Under the pieces are notes generated by a model. It saw only the letters and a program-made list of their open reading frames with translations. It did no database searches and was not told the DNA's origin. From contig JBAYLC010000004.1 of assembly GCA_041664245.1 (NCBI GenBank), forward strand, positions 16,932 through 80,931: 64,000 nucleotides of DNA, in the 5' to 3' direction. Below are positions 47,746-56,856 of the stretch, in pieces (the stretch's first letter is position 1; each line of letters starts with the position of its first letter). The position numbers and the translations under genes are program-made. This stretch comes from Minisyncoccota bacterium (GTDB lineage: Bacteria > Patescibacteriota > Minisyncoccia > UBA6257 > 2-01-FULL-56-20).

Positions 47746-49860
47746 TCATTCCTTGTCCCCTTCTCCCAGCTGCTTAATCGACAGGCCGATATGCCCGTCT
47801 GTATCCACCCTGATAATCTTTGCTCTAACAAAGTCTCCCGCCTTTACCACATCCGAAACATTCTTCACAAAACCGTCCTTCAATTCCGAAACATGGACCA
47901 TTCCGTCTTTTCCGCCGCCCAAGTCAACAATCGCTCCAAAATCCAAAAGCTTTATAACTTTTCCCTCGATAATTTCTCCAGCTTTATACTCCTTCGTTAA
48001 CGCCCCTATTTCCAAAAGAGCAGTCTCTACTTTTTCATAAGAATCAGCCGAGACAAAAACCCGTCCGTCTTCTTCGATATCAATGCTCGTCAAGCCAAAT
48101 CGCTCAATCATTCCATTGATCGTCTTTCCGCCGGGCCCGATTACTAGTCCTATCTTATCTGGATTAATCGTAATTTTAGATATAATCGGCGCATACTTGG
48201 ATAATTTTTCCCTCGGCTTCTCCAAAACCGTTTTAATAAATTTCAAAATATGGAGCCGGGCTTTTTTTGTTTGCTCGAGCGCTTTCTCTAAAATTTCCAA
48301 AGAAAGGCCATCCACCTTAACGTCCATTTGGATTGCCGTAATTCCATCTTCTGTTCCGGCCACTTTTAAATCCATATCGCCGTGATGATCTTCCGGTCCC
48401 TGGATGTCGGTCAAAACTTTGTAATTGCCCTTTTCGTCCATCATCAACCCCATCGCGATTCCCGCCGCCGGTTTTTTTATCGGCACGCCTGCTTCCATCA
48501 AAGACAAAGATGAAGCGCAAACCGTTGCCATCGAAGACGACCCGTTAGAAGACAAAATTTCCGAAACCACCCGAATGGTGTAAGGAAAATCGTCTTTTGA
48601 AGGAATGAGCGGCAAAAGCGCTTTTTCTGCTAGGGCGCCATGGCCGATTTCTCGCCGTCCCGGTCCGCGGAAAGATCCTATCTCGCCAACCGAATAAGGC
48701 GGAAAATTATAGTGGAGCATAAACCGGCGCTTGCCCGTGAGTTCCATCGTTTCGATTAATTGCTCGGCATTAGGCGGAGCTAAAGTTACTACTGCCAAAG
48801 ATTGCGTGTTGCCGCGCTGAAAAAGCGCTGAACCGTGAGTCCGCGCAAAAAGCCCCACCTCGCCGGAAAGCTCTCGCACCTCATCAAGCGCCCGTCCGTC
48901 CGGCCGCTTTTCTTTTTCTAGGATATTTTTATGGACCAATTTATCAATCGCCTCGTCAAAAAGAAAATCAATTGCTTTAAAATTAATTATTTTCCCGTCT
49001 GTTTCAAAATTTTCTTTTGCATAAGCCACTAACTCCGCTTTCAACGCTCCTAAATTTTTATGGAACTCGGCTTTATTGGGATGGTAAACCGCCGCCTCTA
49101 ATCTTGTTGATAAAAATTTTTCTACGCCGGCTCTGATTTCTGGATCAATTTCCGCCATCGCTACTTCCTCTTTCGGCTTGCCCACCTCCTTGATAATATT
49201 CTTTTGAAAATTAATAAGCTTATTAATTTCTTCTTTGGCGATTCCAAAAGCCTCGAGCACCTCTTTCTCTTGAGCTTCGTTGCCACCGAGTTCAATCATA
49301 TTAATTTTATCTTCCGATCCAGACACAAAAGTTTCAAAAACTGTTTCCGATCCTAAAAGTTCCGAACGGTTTGGATTAATCACGTACTTGCCTCCAATTT
49401 TTGCCACTCTCACTCCGCTAACCGGCCCGCTCCATGGCACCTCGGAAATTCCTAAGGCTGCCGAAGCGCCTAATAGTCCGACAAAGTCCGGGTCATTTTC
49501 TTCGTCAATCGCCAAAACTGTCACCACCACCTGAATTTCCCGTCTGATTCTATTATCAAAAAGCGGGCGGATTGTTCGGTCAACCAATCGGCCAGAAAGG
49601 ATTGCCTCTTCCGACGGTCGTCCCTCTCGGCGGATGAATCGGCTGCCAATAATTTTTCCCGCCGCATAAAATCTTTCTTCGTAATCAACTTTGAGCGGCA
49701 TATAGTCGAGATTAACGTCGTTTTTTGACATCACCACCGTGACCAAAACCACCGTCTCGCCATATTTAGCTAAAACCGCCGAGTTGGCTTGCTCGGCTAA
49801 ATGTGAAACTTCTAAAACTAATTCTTTTCCTCCTACTTGGGTTTTAAATTCTTTTTTCAT
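47746..49860 (-). CDS. pnp: Polyribonucleotide nucleotidyltransferase (PNPase)
   Basis: RREGRP, DRTIRPLF, RTHGSALF, RREIGHG, SNGSSSMA, GDMDLKVAG; KH and S1 domains. Confidence 0.98.
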   Translation of the reverse strand: MKKEFKTQVGGKELVLEVSHLAEQANSAVLAKYGETVVLVTVVMSKNDVNLDYMPLKVDYEERFYAAGKIIGSRFIRREGRPSEEAILSGRLVDRTIRPLFDNRIRREIQVVVTVLAIDEENDPDFVGLLGASAALGISEVPWSGPVSGVRVAKIGGKYVINPNRSELLGSETVFETFVSGSEDKINMIELGGNEAQEKEVLEAFGIAKEEINKLINFQKNIIKEVGKPKEEVAMAEIDPEIRAGVEKFLSTRLEAAVYHPNKAEFHKNLGALKAELVAYAKENFETDGKIINFKAIDFLFDEAIDKLVHKNILEKEKRPDGRALDEVRELSGEVGLFARTHGSALFQRGNTQSLAVVTLAPPNAEQLIETMELTGKRRFMLHYNFPPYSVGEIGSFRGPGRREIGHGALAEKALLPLIPSKDDFPYTIRVVSEILSSNGSSSMATVCASSLSLMEAGVPIKKPAAGIAMGLMMDEKGNYKVLTDIQGPEDHHGDMDLKVAGTEDGITAIQMDVKVDGLSLEILEKALEQTKKARLHILKFIKTVLEKPREKLSKYAPIISKITINPDKIGLVIGPGGKTINGMIERFGLTSIDIEEDGRVFVSADSYEKVETALLEIGALTKEYKAGEIIEGKVIKLLDFGAIVDLGGGKDGMVHVSELKDGFVKNVSDVVKAGDFVRAKIIRVDTDGHIGLSIKQLGEGDKE

Positions 49861-49921
49861 AAATTTTTTAATCTCTATTTGTATTTCATTTTCTCTATTC
49901 TCTATTCCGTATTCTATTTTT

Positions 49922-50476
49922 CTACCTTCTCAAAATCGCCCGCGGTATCTCTTCAATATTTATAAATCGATCAGCAACTTCTTGAATTTTAGAAGAAGCG
50001 CTCCGTCTAAAAGCAGCCACTTCTACCAATCTTCCCATTCCCCATTTTAAATAATCAACCAGCGGAATAAAATCACCATCGCCGGTGACTAAAATCACCA
50101 CATCCAAAAAACTTGCCATCCTTATCGCGTCCACCGCCATCCCCACATCCCAATCGGCTTTTTTAAGTCCATCGGCATAAATTTGTAAATCCTTCACCCG
50201 CAGCTCTAACCCAGACTTTTCCAAAGCTTCAAAAAAAGCCGCCTCCGGCGTCGCCACCGAGCTACCTCTCGATTCTGGCCGAGGAGTCTCAATCACCGTA
50301 TCGCTTTTGACCACATAGGCCATTGACCGGATCAATTGCCGTCCGCCCACTAAATTTTTTATCAATTCCGGGTAATTAACCCGGGCGTGATACAAATTCT
50401 TTGCCGAATGGTAAAGATTTTGAACATCAATAAAAATTCCAACTCGCTGATTATAAAAATTACTTGTCGCCTTCAT
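49922..50476 (-). CDS. NYN domain (LabA/DUF88) protein
   Basis: IFIDVQNLY, KADWDVGMAVD, VTGDGDFIPL, ADRFI. Confidence 0.9.
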   Translation of the reverse strand: MKATSNFYNQRVGIFIDVQNLYHSAKNLYHARVNYPELIKNLVGGRQLIRSMAYVVKSDTVIETPRPESRGSSVATPEAAFFEALEKSGLELRVKDLQIYADGLKKADWDVGMAVDAIRMASFLDVVILVTGDGDFIPLVDYLKWGMGRLVEVAAFRRSASSKIQEVADRFINIEEIPRAILRR

Positions 50477-50515
50477 TCTTATTATTCCTCGTTCTTTATT
50501 CTGTATTCCAAAACC

Positions 50516-50782
50516 CTACTTCTTAAGCCCAAGTTTTTTGATTAACTTCGTATAAGCTTCCGGCTCTTTCTTGCCGAGATAGCTCAAAAACTTCCTCCGT
50601 TGATTAACCATTTTCAGAAGACCTCTTCGTGAATGATTATCTTTGGGATTTTTTTTCAAATGCTTCGCTAATTCGTCAATCTGGCGGCTCAAAACCGCCA
50701 CCTGAACCTGTGCCGAACCAGTGTCTTTCTCGTGCTTCTTGTGCTCGCCAATTACTTTCGATTTAACTCGCTTTGTAAGCAT
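50516..50782 (-). CDS. rpsO: 30S ribosomal protein S15
   Basis: HEKDTGSAQVQVAVL..I..L..HL..KDNHSRRGLLKMV; start MLTKR at 50782. Confidence 0.97.
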   Translation of the reverse strand: MLTKRVKSKVIGEHKKHEKDTGSAQVQVAVLSRQIDELAKHLKKNPKDNHSRRGLLKMVNQRRKFLSYLGKKEPEAYTKLIKKLGLKK

Positions 50783-50790
50783 TAGTAACC

Positions 50791-50819
50791 ATTCTACCGT
50801 AACTGCCTCAAAAAAGCAA
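50791..50819 (-). promoter_or_regulatory. Sigma70 promoter of rpsO, near-leaderless
   Basis: Minus strand TTGCTT-17 bp-TAGAAT; ATG 8 nt downstream. Confidence 0.6.
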
Positions 50820-50904
50820 CCGTAAGCCAGCAACCATAATCTGTCGCAAAATATTGTATAATTAAATCAAAATAATTCGCAATTTGTAGATTGGCATTAC
50901 CCAT

Positions 50905-51798
50905 ATGAACATAAACAACGCCCTCAATGACTATCTCAATTATCTCGAAATAGAAAAAAACCGTTCCCCTAAAACTCGCGAAAATTATAATCGCTATCTT
51001 TTAGAATTTCTTAAATTTGCCAAAATAAAATCCCCGGAAGATATCACCGAAGACATCGTCCGTAATTTTCGTGTTGCCCTCGCCCGAAAAAACATCAAAA
51101 AAATAACCCAAAGCTATTACGTCATTGCCCTCCGTAATTTTCTAAAATATCTCATTAAAAGAAATCTCGAAGTTCTCGCTCCGGACAAAATCGAACTTCC
51201 CAAAGTTTCCCGCCGCCAAATCGAGATTTTAGAATACCAAGACCTTGAACGGCTCATCTCCTCTCCTTCCGGCTCCGACCTTAAATCTCTCCGCGACCGG
51301 GCTATCTTAGAAACTTTTTTCTCAACCGGACTTCGACTCTCCGAACTTTGCGCTCTTGATCGCTTTCTCGATCTAAATCGCGAAGAAATATCCGTCCGCG
51401 GCAAAGGCGAAAAAATCCGTGTTGTCTTTCTCTCCAAAACCGCCATCGCCGCTATTAAAAAATATTTAGAAAAAAGAAGCGACGCCGAACAGGCTTTGTT
51501 TGTAAGTTTCACTAAAGCCAAAAATCCAAAAGTAATCGGCCGCATCACTCCCCGTGCCGTCGAACGCCTCGTGGCTTTCTACGGAAAAAAAGCCGGCATT
51601 CCAGCCAGCAAAATCAGTCCCCATAAAATCCGCCACCAGTTTGCCACCGATCTTCTTTTAAACGGCGCCGACCTTCGTTCGGTTCAGGAAATGCTCGGCC
51701 ACGCCAATATCTCTACCACTCAAATTTACACTCACCTCACCAATAAAGAGCTAAAAGAAATTCATTCGGCTTTTCACGCTCGCCGCCGGAAAAAATAA
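50905..51798 (+). CDS. Tyrosine recombinase, XerC/XerD-like
   Basis: RDRAILETFFSTGLRLSEL, GKGEK.R, PHKIRHQFAT, VQEMLGHANISTTQIYTH. Confidence 0.9.
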   Translation: MNINNALNDYLNYLEIEKNRSPKTRENYNRYLLEFLKFAKIKSPEDITEDIVRNFRVALARKNIKKITQSYYVIALRNFLKYLIKRNLEVLAPDKIELPKVSRRQIEILEYQDLERLISSPSGSDLKSLRDRAILETFFSTGLRLSELCALDRFLDLNREEISVRGKGEKIRVVFLSKTAIAAIKKYLEKRSDAEQALFVSFTKAKNPKVIGRITPRAVERLVAFYGKKAGIPASKISPHKIRHQFATDLLLNGADLRSVQEMLGHANISTTQIYTHLTNKELKEIHSAFHARRRKK

Positions 51799-52913
51799 TT
51801 TCTAACATCTTTAACCCCCCCTGTCATATATTTCAAAAAACCTCGATAATCTTCTTGAATATAATCGATAATTCTAAGCGGCGGCCCGCCTTTATAGTAT
51901 TTTTTCTCTAAGGCCAAAAGCATTTCTGTAACCGCTATCGCCAAAATAGCCACCACCAGGCCAGCGAAAATATCCACGGCGTAATGTTCGCCCGTATAAA
52001 CCGCCCCGATCATCTGGAAAATCATCCACGGCGCCAAAAATAACAAAAGTGGCGGCCAAAGCTTGGCGCCGTAATACAAGACTCCCGTTCCCCAGCCCGC
52101 GTGCATACTCGGTATCGTTGTCAGGTCTAGATAACTATTCGCCTGGTTTTGATATCCATCCACTTGCTCCAAAAAACCCAAGAGTTTTTCGTTCGGCTGA
52201 AAATCTTTCGCCGCCATCGAAATTCTATTCGGCAATTTCGCCCCAATCGAATTTCTAATATACATGTTATAAGGCGAGAGCGCCGGCAATGCATACCAGA
52301 TTGGAAAACTGATAATCTGGCTCACAAAGAAAAATAAAATAAATTTCCGGGCGATCGCTTTTTTAAAAAATATAAAGACGAGCAAAAAAACCGGCAAAAT
52401 GATTGATAGCCAGTTATAAGCCCACAAAAAAATTGCGCTCCAAAATCCTCCAATCGCGCTCAAAGAAAAAAACGGATATTCTCCAAAAATCGAAAAATCC
52501 AAATTCATTAAAAAATTACTAGTTGAAGCAATTCTCTCGATTTGACTGGAGTTAGAAAGATTGCTCACCAAAACCGCCGACAGGAACGACCCCAAGGCTA
52601 GAATCAATAAAAAAAACAACTGACTTTTTGCAAGCTTTAGTACTCGCTTCCCCGTCTCTTTTTTATTCGTTTCGTGAAGAAAAAATCCCTTGCCTAAAAC
52701 AATTAAAATTTTTGCCAAAAAATATAAATTAATTAACGAAAGCGCGATAATCAAAAAACTGCCGCCGAACAAAAAATAATAAATTAGAGTGCTGAGATAC
52801 CTTCCCGAAAAAAGCGCGCTCGCGTGGCCAGAAAAAATAAAAATCCCTGCCGTCAAAATCGGCAGCCCAATCAAAACATAAACTTCTATCGGCCAATTCT
52901 TAAATAATTTCAT
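51774..52913 (-). CDS. PAP2-superfamily membrane protein (inositol-phosphorylceramide synthase/Aur1-like)
   Basis: PALSP, IPSMHAGW, VYTGEHYAVDIFAG; many TM helices. Confidence 0.75.
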   Translation of the reverse strand: MKLFKNWPIEVYVLIGLPILTAGIFIFSGHASALFSGRYLSTLIYYFLFGGSFLIIALSLINLYFLAKILIVLGKGFFLHETNKKETGKRVLKLAKSQLFFLLILALGSFLSAVLVSNLSNSSQIERIASTSNFLMNLDFSIFGEYPFFSLSAIGGFWSAIFLWAYNWLSIILPVFLLVFIFFKKAIARKFILFFFVSQIISFPIWYALPALSPYNMYIRNSIGAKLPNRISMAAKDFQPNEKLLGFLEQVDGYQNQANSYLDLTTIPSMHAGWGTGVLYYGAKLWPPLLLFLAPWMIFQMIGAVYTGEHYAVDIFAGLVVAILAIAVTEMLLALEKKYYKGGPPLRIIDYIQEDYRGFLKYMTGGVKDVRNYFFRRRA

Positions 52914-52918
52914 AAAAG

Positions 52919-53001
52919 TGCTCCCGAGAGGATTTGAACCTCTAACCCTTTTGGGGACAGCGTCCTAAGCGCTGCGCGTATGCCAATTCCGCCACGGGAG
53001 C
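52919..53001 (-). tRNA. tRNA-Leu(TAG)
   Basis: GCTCCCGTGGCGGAATTGGCATACG; anticodon arm CAGCG-CTTAGGA-CGCTG; variable arm; GTTCAAAT. Confidence 0.95.
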
Positions 53002-53107
53002 AAAAATCAATTGATTCCTAAAACCTATCATTTCAAACCTATATTTATCAACTAAAAACCCTTATAAAATAAGGCTTCTCAGGCCATTATATCCCATCCT
53101 TCCATAT

Positions 53108-53136
53108 TTGACAAATCGCAAATTCTATGCTAGAAT
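53108..53136 (+). promoter_or_regulatory. Near-consensus sigma70 promoter of the two-gene accessory operon
   Basis: TTGACA-17 bp-TAGAAT with an extended TG. Confidence 0.75.
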
Positions 53137-53215
53137 ATATCCATAAACTTCAATAGTGTTAATTGAGGTTTTAGCAATTTGAAAATTGAAAATAATCATA
53201 GAAAGAGAGAAAAAA

Positions 53216-53821
53216 ATGCCTACTATTAGTTTCCAACCGAACCCAGGAAATTCGAGGTTGAGTTTGGATCTAACCGAACCAAACAAGACCGAAGAATTAT
53301 GGGAAATCACCGTCACTGCTATTGTTTCCGACGATGGCAAGCCGGCACCAGGAATACAAGTTCAGCTCTACCATAATGGTCGAGCTATCGATTCTCCCTA
53401 TCTCACCGATGGAGAAGGAAGAACCGAGCCAAGAACCTTTTCTGATCTTGAAAAAGGTACTCACACCTTTGAAGCCATAATAGTCAGCACGAGCATTAAG
53501 GCTCGCCGAACTGTTAAACTCAAAGATGAAAGGCCAAAAAAACCGGCAAAGCTCATCGTCGATAGAGAATATGCGGGAGGCAGCAATGATAAGGTAATTG
53601 TCTTCTGCACCGTCTTAACCGACGATAACGTTCCGGTTAAAGGAATCGATATCAGAATCCTTGGGCTAACTAACCCGACATTAGCGACAACCGACAAAAG
53701 CGGCGTCGCCACCATGAAGATTAAACTGGAGAAAAATCACCGTGTGGTCGTCTTCATAGTAAAAGGAAGTCCAATTCAAAAAAGAATCCATCTATTCAGA
53801 AAGACAGGAAAAACATCATGA
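53216..53821 (+). CDS. Hypothetical protein with two Ig-like (Big_1-like) repeats
   Basis: VTAIVSDDGKPAPG..TDGEG and TVLTDDNVPVKG..TDKSGVAT; no signal peptide (ORF-track start 53186). Confidence 0.6.
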   Translation: MPTISFQPNPGNSRLSLDLTEPNKTEELWEITVTAIVSDDGKPAPGIQVQLYHNGRAIDSPYLTDGEGRTEPRTFSDLEKGTHTFEAIIVSTSIKARRTVKLKDERPKKPAKLIVDREYAGGSNDKVIVFCTVLTDDNVPVKGIDIRILGLTNPTLATTDKSGVATMKIKLEKNHRVVVFIVKGSPIQKRIHLFRKTGKTS

Positions 53822-55323
53822 GTGTTAAATCATTTTTTGTTGGTTTGGCTGGCGATCTAGGCCTTGATTTCTTGGTCCATTCATGGCTGACCAAGCATGG
53901 GGCCGATGCCTTCCAGCATGTCGTTGAAAAGGTCACCGACGATGTTCGTGTCGAAGTGCTTTCTTACATCCAAAGTCTTCCCGACGAAGAAGCCAGAAAA
54001 AACTGGTGGAGACGTTACAAAAAGACAAATAGAAGTGGAGAGCCAATCGATACTGAAAATCGATTTATGAACCTTGCTTCGCGGATCTACCTTGCTCTTA
54101 AAGATGATCCCGATGAGCTTGAGGGGATGTTCATCCTTCTCGGCCGAATGAGCGATAATGATTTTGAAGAGTCGCTGAAAGCCGTCGAAAACGACAGCGT
54201 CAAAGTTTTCTTCAAAAAAGTGGGCGAAGCCTTCAAAAAATTCGCCCAACCAATCACCGACTCCCTAAACTCTCTCAGTACTAATCTGAAAAAAAGAAAC
54301 AACTCCAACAGAAGGAGAAAAGGCTACAAATACCAACGTAGCCGCAAGCCAGCATCAGGACTTTTCGGTTCTATTTTGGAAACAATCCGAGAAATCGGCC
54401 GGGAAATAATTTACGATGCGGCCGAACTCTCCCATCTTACCACTTGGGTATCGCGTCATGATCGCTCGGCCTTAGAAGTCTACCTCCGTAATCTAGCGGT
54501 AATCGCCGGCTTCATCATTCTTTTCCCGTTTGTCCCATTGATTATTAGAACATTGGGCGGACCGGGATGGATAGTTTCTTTTGCCGGGCTTTTCCTCGCC
54601 CTGTGTACATTTTGGTTGGCTCTAATAGCTACCCCATTAGCGATTGTGCTAGGCGCAATCCAACACGGCATTAAGGGTACCGTATCCTTGATTAAAGACG
54701 GCCCGGGAGACCTGGGGAAACGGTATGTACATTTTGTACTATGGTTCTTCTTGATTGAAACCTTCGCCTTTTTGAGCCTTTCGATCATCCCAATCTATAA
54801 CAATCCAAAACTCGTCCCGATTATTCTGTTGGCGGTGTTGGTCATTGTTACTGTCAACCTGATATTGGGAGTTGGAAACTGGTTCAAGAAATTTGCCCGG
54901 TTTTCATCGGTAGCCGTAGTCATTATCCTTATTCTCTCTCTCGTTTTTCCCCAAACAACCAATAGTCTTCTAAAGATCGAGGTTGACAAAGGAATAGCCG
55001 AGACCGTAGATACTATGAGAAATTCCTCAATCACCTCTACCGCCCAAGCTGCCCCCATCCCAAAGATAAAGAAAGTGGTGGCTAAAGCGAATCAGTGGTC
55101 GGACAAAGTTACCAATGACGATGTCCCGGCCAACTGGGAGCGTTGGATCTATTCCTCCGAAAAAACTCTAATTCGTTTTTCGGATGGGACAATCGGTCCC
55201 GCGCTAGGCAGTTATGGAGTAAGACCAGGTGCTGTTGATTTTATGTGTCCCACAGGAGAGGACACTGTAACAGTCCTGTTTCTTCAGAAAGGCATTGCCC
55301 CGCCTTCGGAAGCACCTAAATAA
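53818..55323 (+). CDS. Hypothetical membrane protein (soluble N-domain, about 6 TMs, C-terminal domain)
   Basis: 501-aa ORF with an ATGA overlap with the upstream gene, followed by a terminator. Confidence 0.75.
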   Translation: MSVKSFFVGLAGDLGLDFLVHSWLTKHGADAFQHVVEKVTDDVRVEVLSYIQSLPDEEARKNWWRRYKKTNRSGEPIDTENRFMNLASRIYLALKDDPDELEGMFILLGRMSDNDFEESLKAVENDSVKVFFKKVGEAFKKFAQPITDSLNSLSTNLKKRNNSNRRRKGYKYQRSRKPASGLFGSILETIREIGREIIYDAAELSHLTTWVSRHDRSALEVYLRNLAVIAGFIILFPFVPLIIRTLGGPGWIVSFAGLFLALCTFWLALIATPLAIVLGAIQHGIKGTVSLIKDGPGDLGKRYVHFVLWFFLIETFAFLSLSIIPIYNNPKLVPIILLAVLVIVTVNLILGVGNWFKKFARFSSVAVVIILILSLVFPQTTNSLLKIEVDKGIAETVDTMRNSSITSTAQAAPIPKIKKVVAKANQWSDKVTNDDVPANWERWIYSSEKTLIRFSDGTIGPALGSYGVRPGAVDFMCPTGEDTVTVLFLQKGIAPPSEAPK

Positions 55324-55346
55324 AGTGTGATTCTAAAAGGGTAAAC

Positions 55347-55392
55347 CAAAAACCCCTGGAGAAACTTCTCTCCAGGGGTCTTTTTTTATTTT
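55347..55392. terminator. Bidirectional intrinsic terminator
   Basis: aaaa-acccctggaga-aacttc-tctccaggggt-ctttttttatt between convergent genes. Confidence 0.85.
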
Positions 55393-55400
55393 AATAAATA

Positions 55401-55841
55401 TTAACCGTTTATGTCTCCCAGCACATTATAATCACCATATGGAGTTCCTCCACCCCCGGGCGTCCCGCCAGAATCACCCGAAAGAAAATTCTCAACCAAT
55501 GCTGGCAATCCCCAGGCCATTAGTCCAATCGCCATTGCCACCACCGCATAAAGTAATTGCGTCTTCGCTTTTTTTACCCGTTCTGGATCAGCCGAAGAAC
55601 CGAGATAAAGAAACCCGGCGTAAAAGACTGCCATTATCGCCGCAATCCAGAATATCCTTGCCATCCAAGTGAGAATCGTTCCAGCTAAATTAACGATTCC
55701 GGAAACGCTGGTAATCGGCGCCGTAGGCGGCGGATCAAGCGCCAGCACTCCTGTAGGAAAAATAACCCACCCAGCAAGAAGCAGTAATACTAAAACCAAT
55801 CCGTATTTTTTGAAAAACTTTGCCAATTTATTTTTCATCAT
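55401..55841 (-). CDS. TrbC/VirB2-like pilin
   Basis: Signal region, then FWIAAIMAVFYAGFLYLGSSADPERVKKAKTQLLYAVVAM; start MMKNK at 55841 (ORF track 55994). Confidence 0.8.
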   Translation of the reverse strand: MMKNKLAKFFKKYGLVLVLLLLAGWVIFPTGVLALDPPPTAPITSVSGIVNLAGTILTWMARIFWIAAIMAVFYAGFLYLGSSADPERVKKAKTQLLYAVVAMAIGLMAWGLPALVENFLSGDSGGTPGGGGTPYGDYNVLGDING

Positions 55842-55923
55842 AAAAAAATCAATTCCCTTCAACCCGACTTCTAATTTTTCTTTATCTTGGGCGGCTATAG
55901 CCGCCCAAGATAAATACTTATCA

Positions 55924-56292
55924 CTATTGTCCGCTAAGACCAGTGCCAACAAGCTTCGGAATACCATAAGCCATAAGTCCAATAACAATCGCAATTACGG
56001 CGTACAAAAGAGTGTGGCTCGCTTTCTTCACTTTTTCCGGATCGCCAGCCGCCGTAAGATAAAGAAACGCTGCCCAAAAGATAAACAAAATTGCCGCTAT
56101 CCAGAATATTCTTGCCACCCAAGTAAGAATGGTTCCAAACCAATCGATTGCTCCTCCAACGCTGCTCGGTCCGGGCGTCGTGCCAATGGGCGGATTAACT
56201 TGGGTTATATCCTGAGCCATCACTGCCACCGGTCCGGCAAAAATAACCATCAAAAAGATTATCGCGCCTACCTTTAATAAATTTTTCTGCAT
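55924..56292 (-). CDS. TrbC/VirB2-like pilin
   Basis: FWIAAILFIFWAAFLYLTAAGDPEKVKKASHTLLYAVIAI; start MQKN at 56292. Confidence 0.85.
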   Translation of the reverse strand: MQKNLLKVGAIIFLMVIFAGPVAVMAQDITQVNPPIGTTPGPSSVGGAIDWFGTILTWVARIFWIAAILFIFWAAFLYLTAAGDPEKVKKASHTLLYAVIAIVIGLMAYGIPKLVGTGLSGQ

Positions 56293-56394
56293 TATTCCTA
56301 TTTTTTCTTTCTTAATATACTTCCACAAACAACAGTGTGGAAAAATCGACCTTTCAAAACATCTGCTTAATTATAAAAAATTATCACCTTATCA

Positions 56395-56805
56395 TCAACC
56401 CGTGCATTGCAGATTAAAAATACTGCAAACAATTGGCACCACCCCGCCGGCAATAAGTACTACCGCGAATCCAATCACCGCGTAAAGCAGGGTTTTTTTG
56501 CCACTTTTGAACTTCTCTGGGTTCCCAGCAGCTGTAAGTATTTGAAAAGCACCTATTATCACCATTATTCCCGTGAGTGGCACCGCGATCCAGAAAAGCG
56601 TGTTCATAATATTTTTAAACACGCAAGAAAAATTTGTGCAACCAATTGGGGTCGTTAGATTTATTGTAACGCTCCCCCCGGGCCCAGTATTACTATTCCC
56701 GGGGCCACCAGTATTACTGTTTCCTTGCGCCCAAACAGTCGTATAAAAACTCAAAACCACTACCACGCTTAGCACCAAACAAATACTTAATAAAACTTTT
56801 TTCAT
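56395..56805 (-). CDS. TrbC/VirB2-like pilin
   Basis: IMVIIGAFQILTAAGNPEKFKSGKKTLLYAVIGF; duplicated GNSNTG segment; start MKKV at 56805. Confidence 0.85.
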   Translation of the reverse strand: MKKVLLSICLVLSVVVVLSFYTTVWAQGNSNTGGPGNSNTGPGGSVTINLTTPIGCTNFSCVFKNIMNTLFWIAVPLTGIMVIIGAFQILTAAGNPEKFKSGKKTLLYAVIGFAVVLIAGGVVPIVCSIFNLQCTG

Positions 56806-56856
56806 ATTTCTAAAAATTATTTTCAACTTTACCAACTCTAGAATTATAACATTTTC

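Noticed and set aside
50905-53001. Tyrosine recombinase near tRNA-Leu as an integrative element or prophage
   Set aside because: It is about 300 aa with XerC/D-like motifs and no arm-binding extension; no duplicated tRNA 3' end (att site) or phage/plasmid genes were seen
55669-56277. 202-aa plus-strand ORF and similar antisense ORFs (21643-22146, 42336-42812, 57212-57673)
   Set aside because: Antisense shadows of well-supported genes
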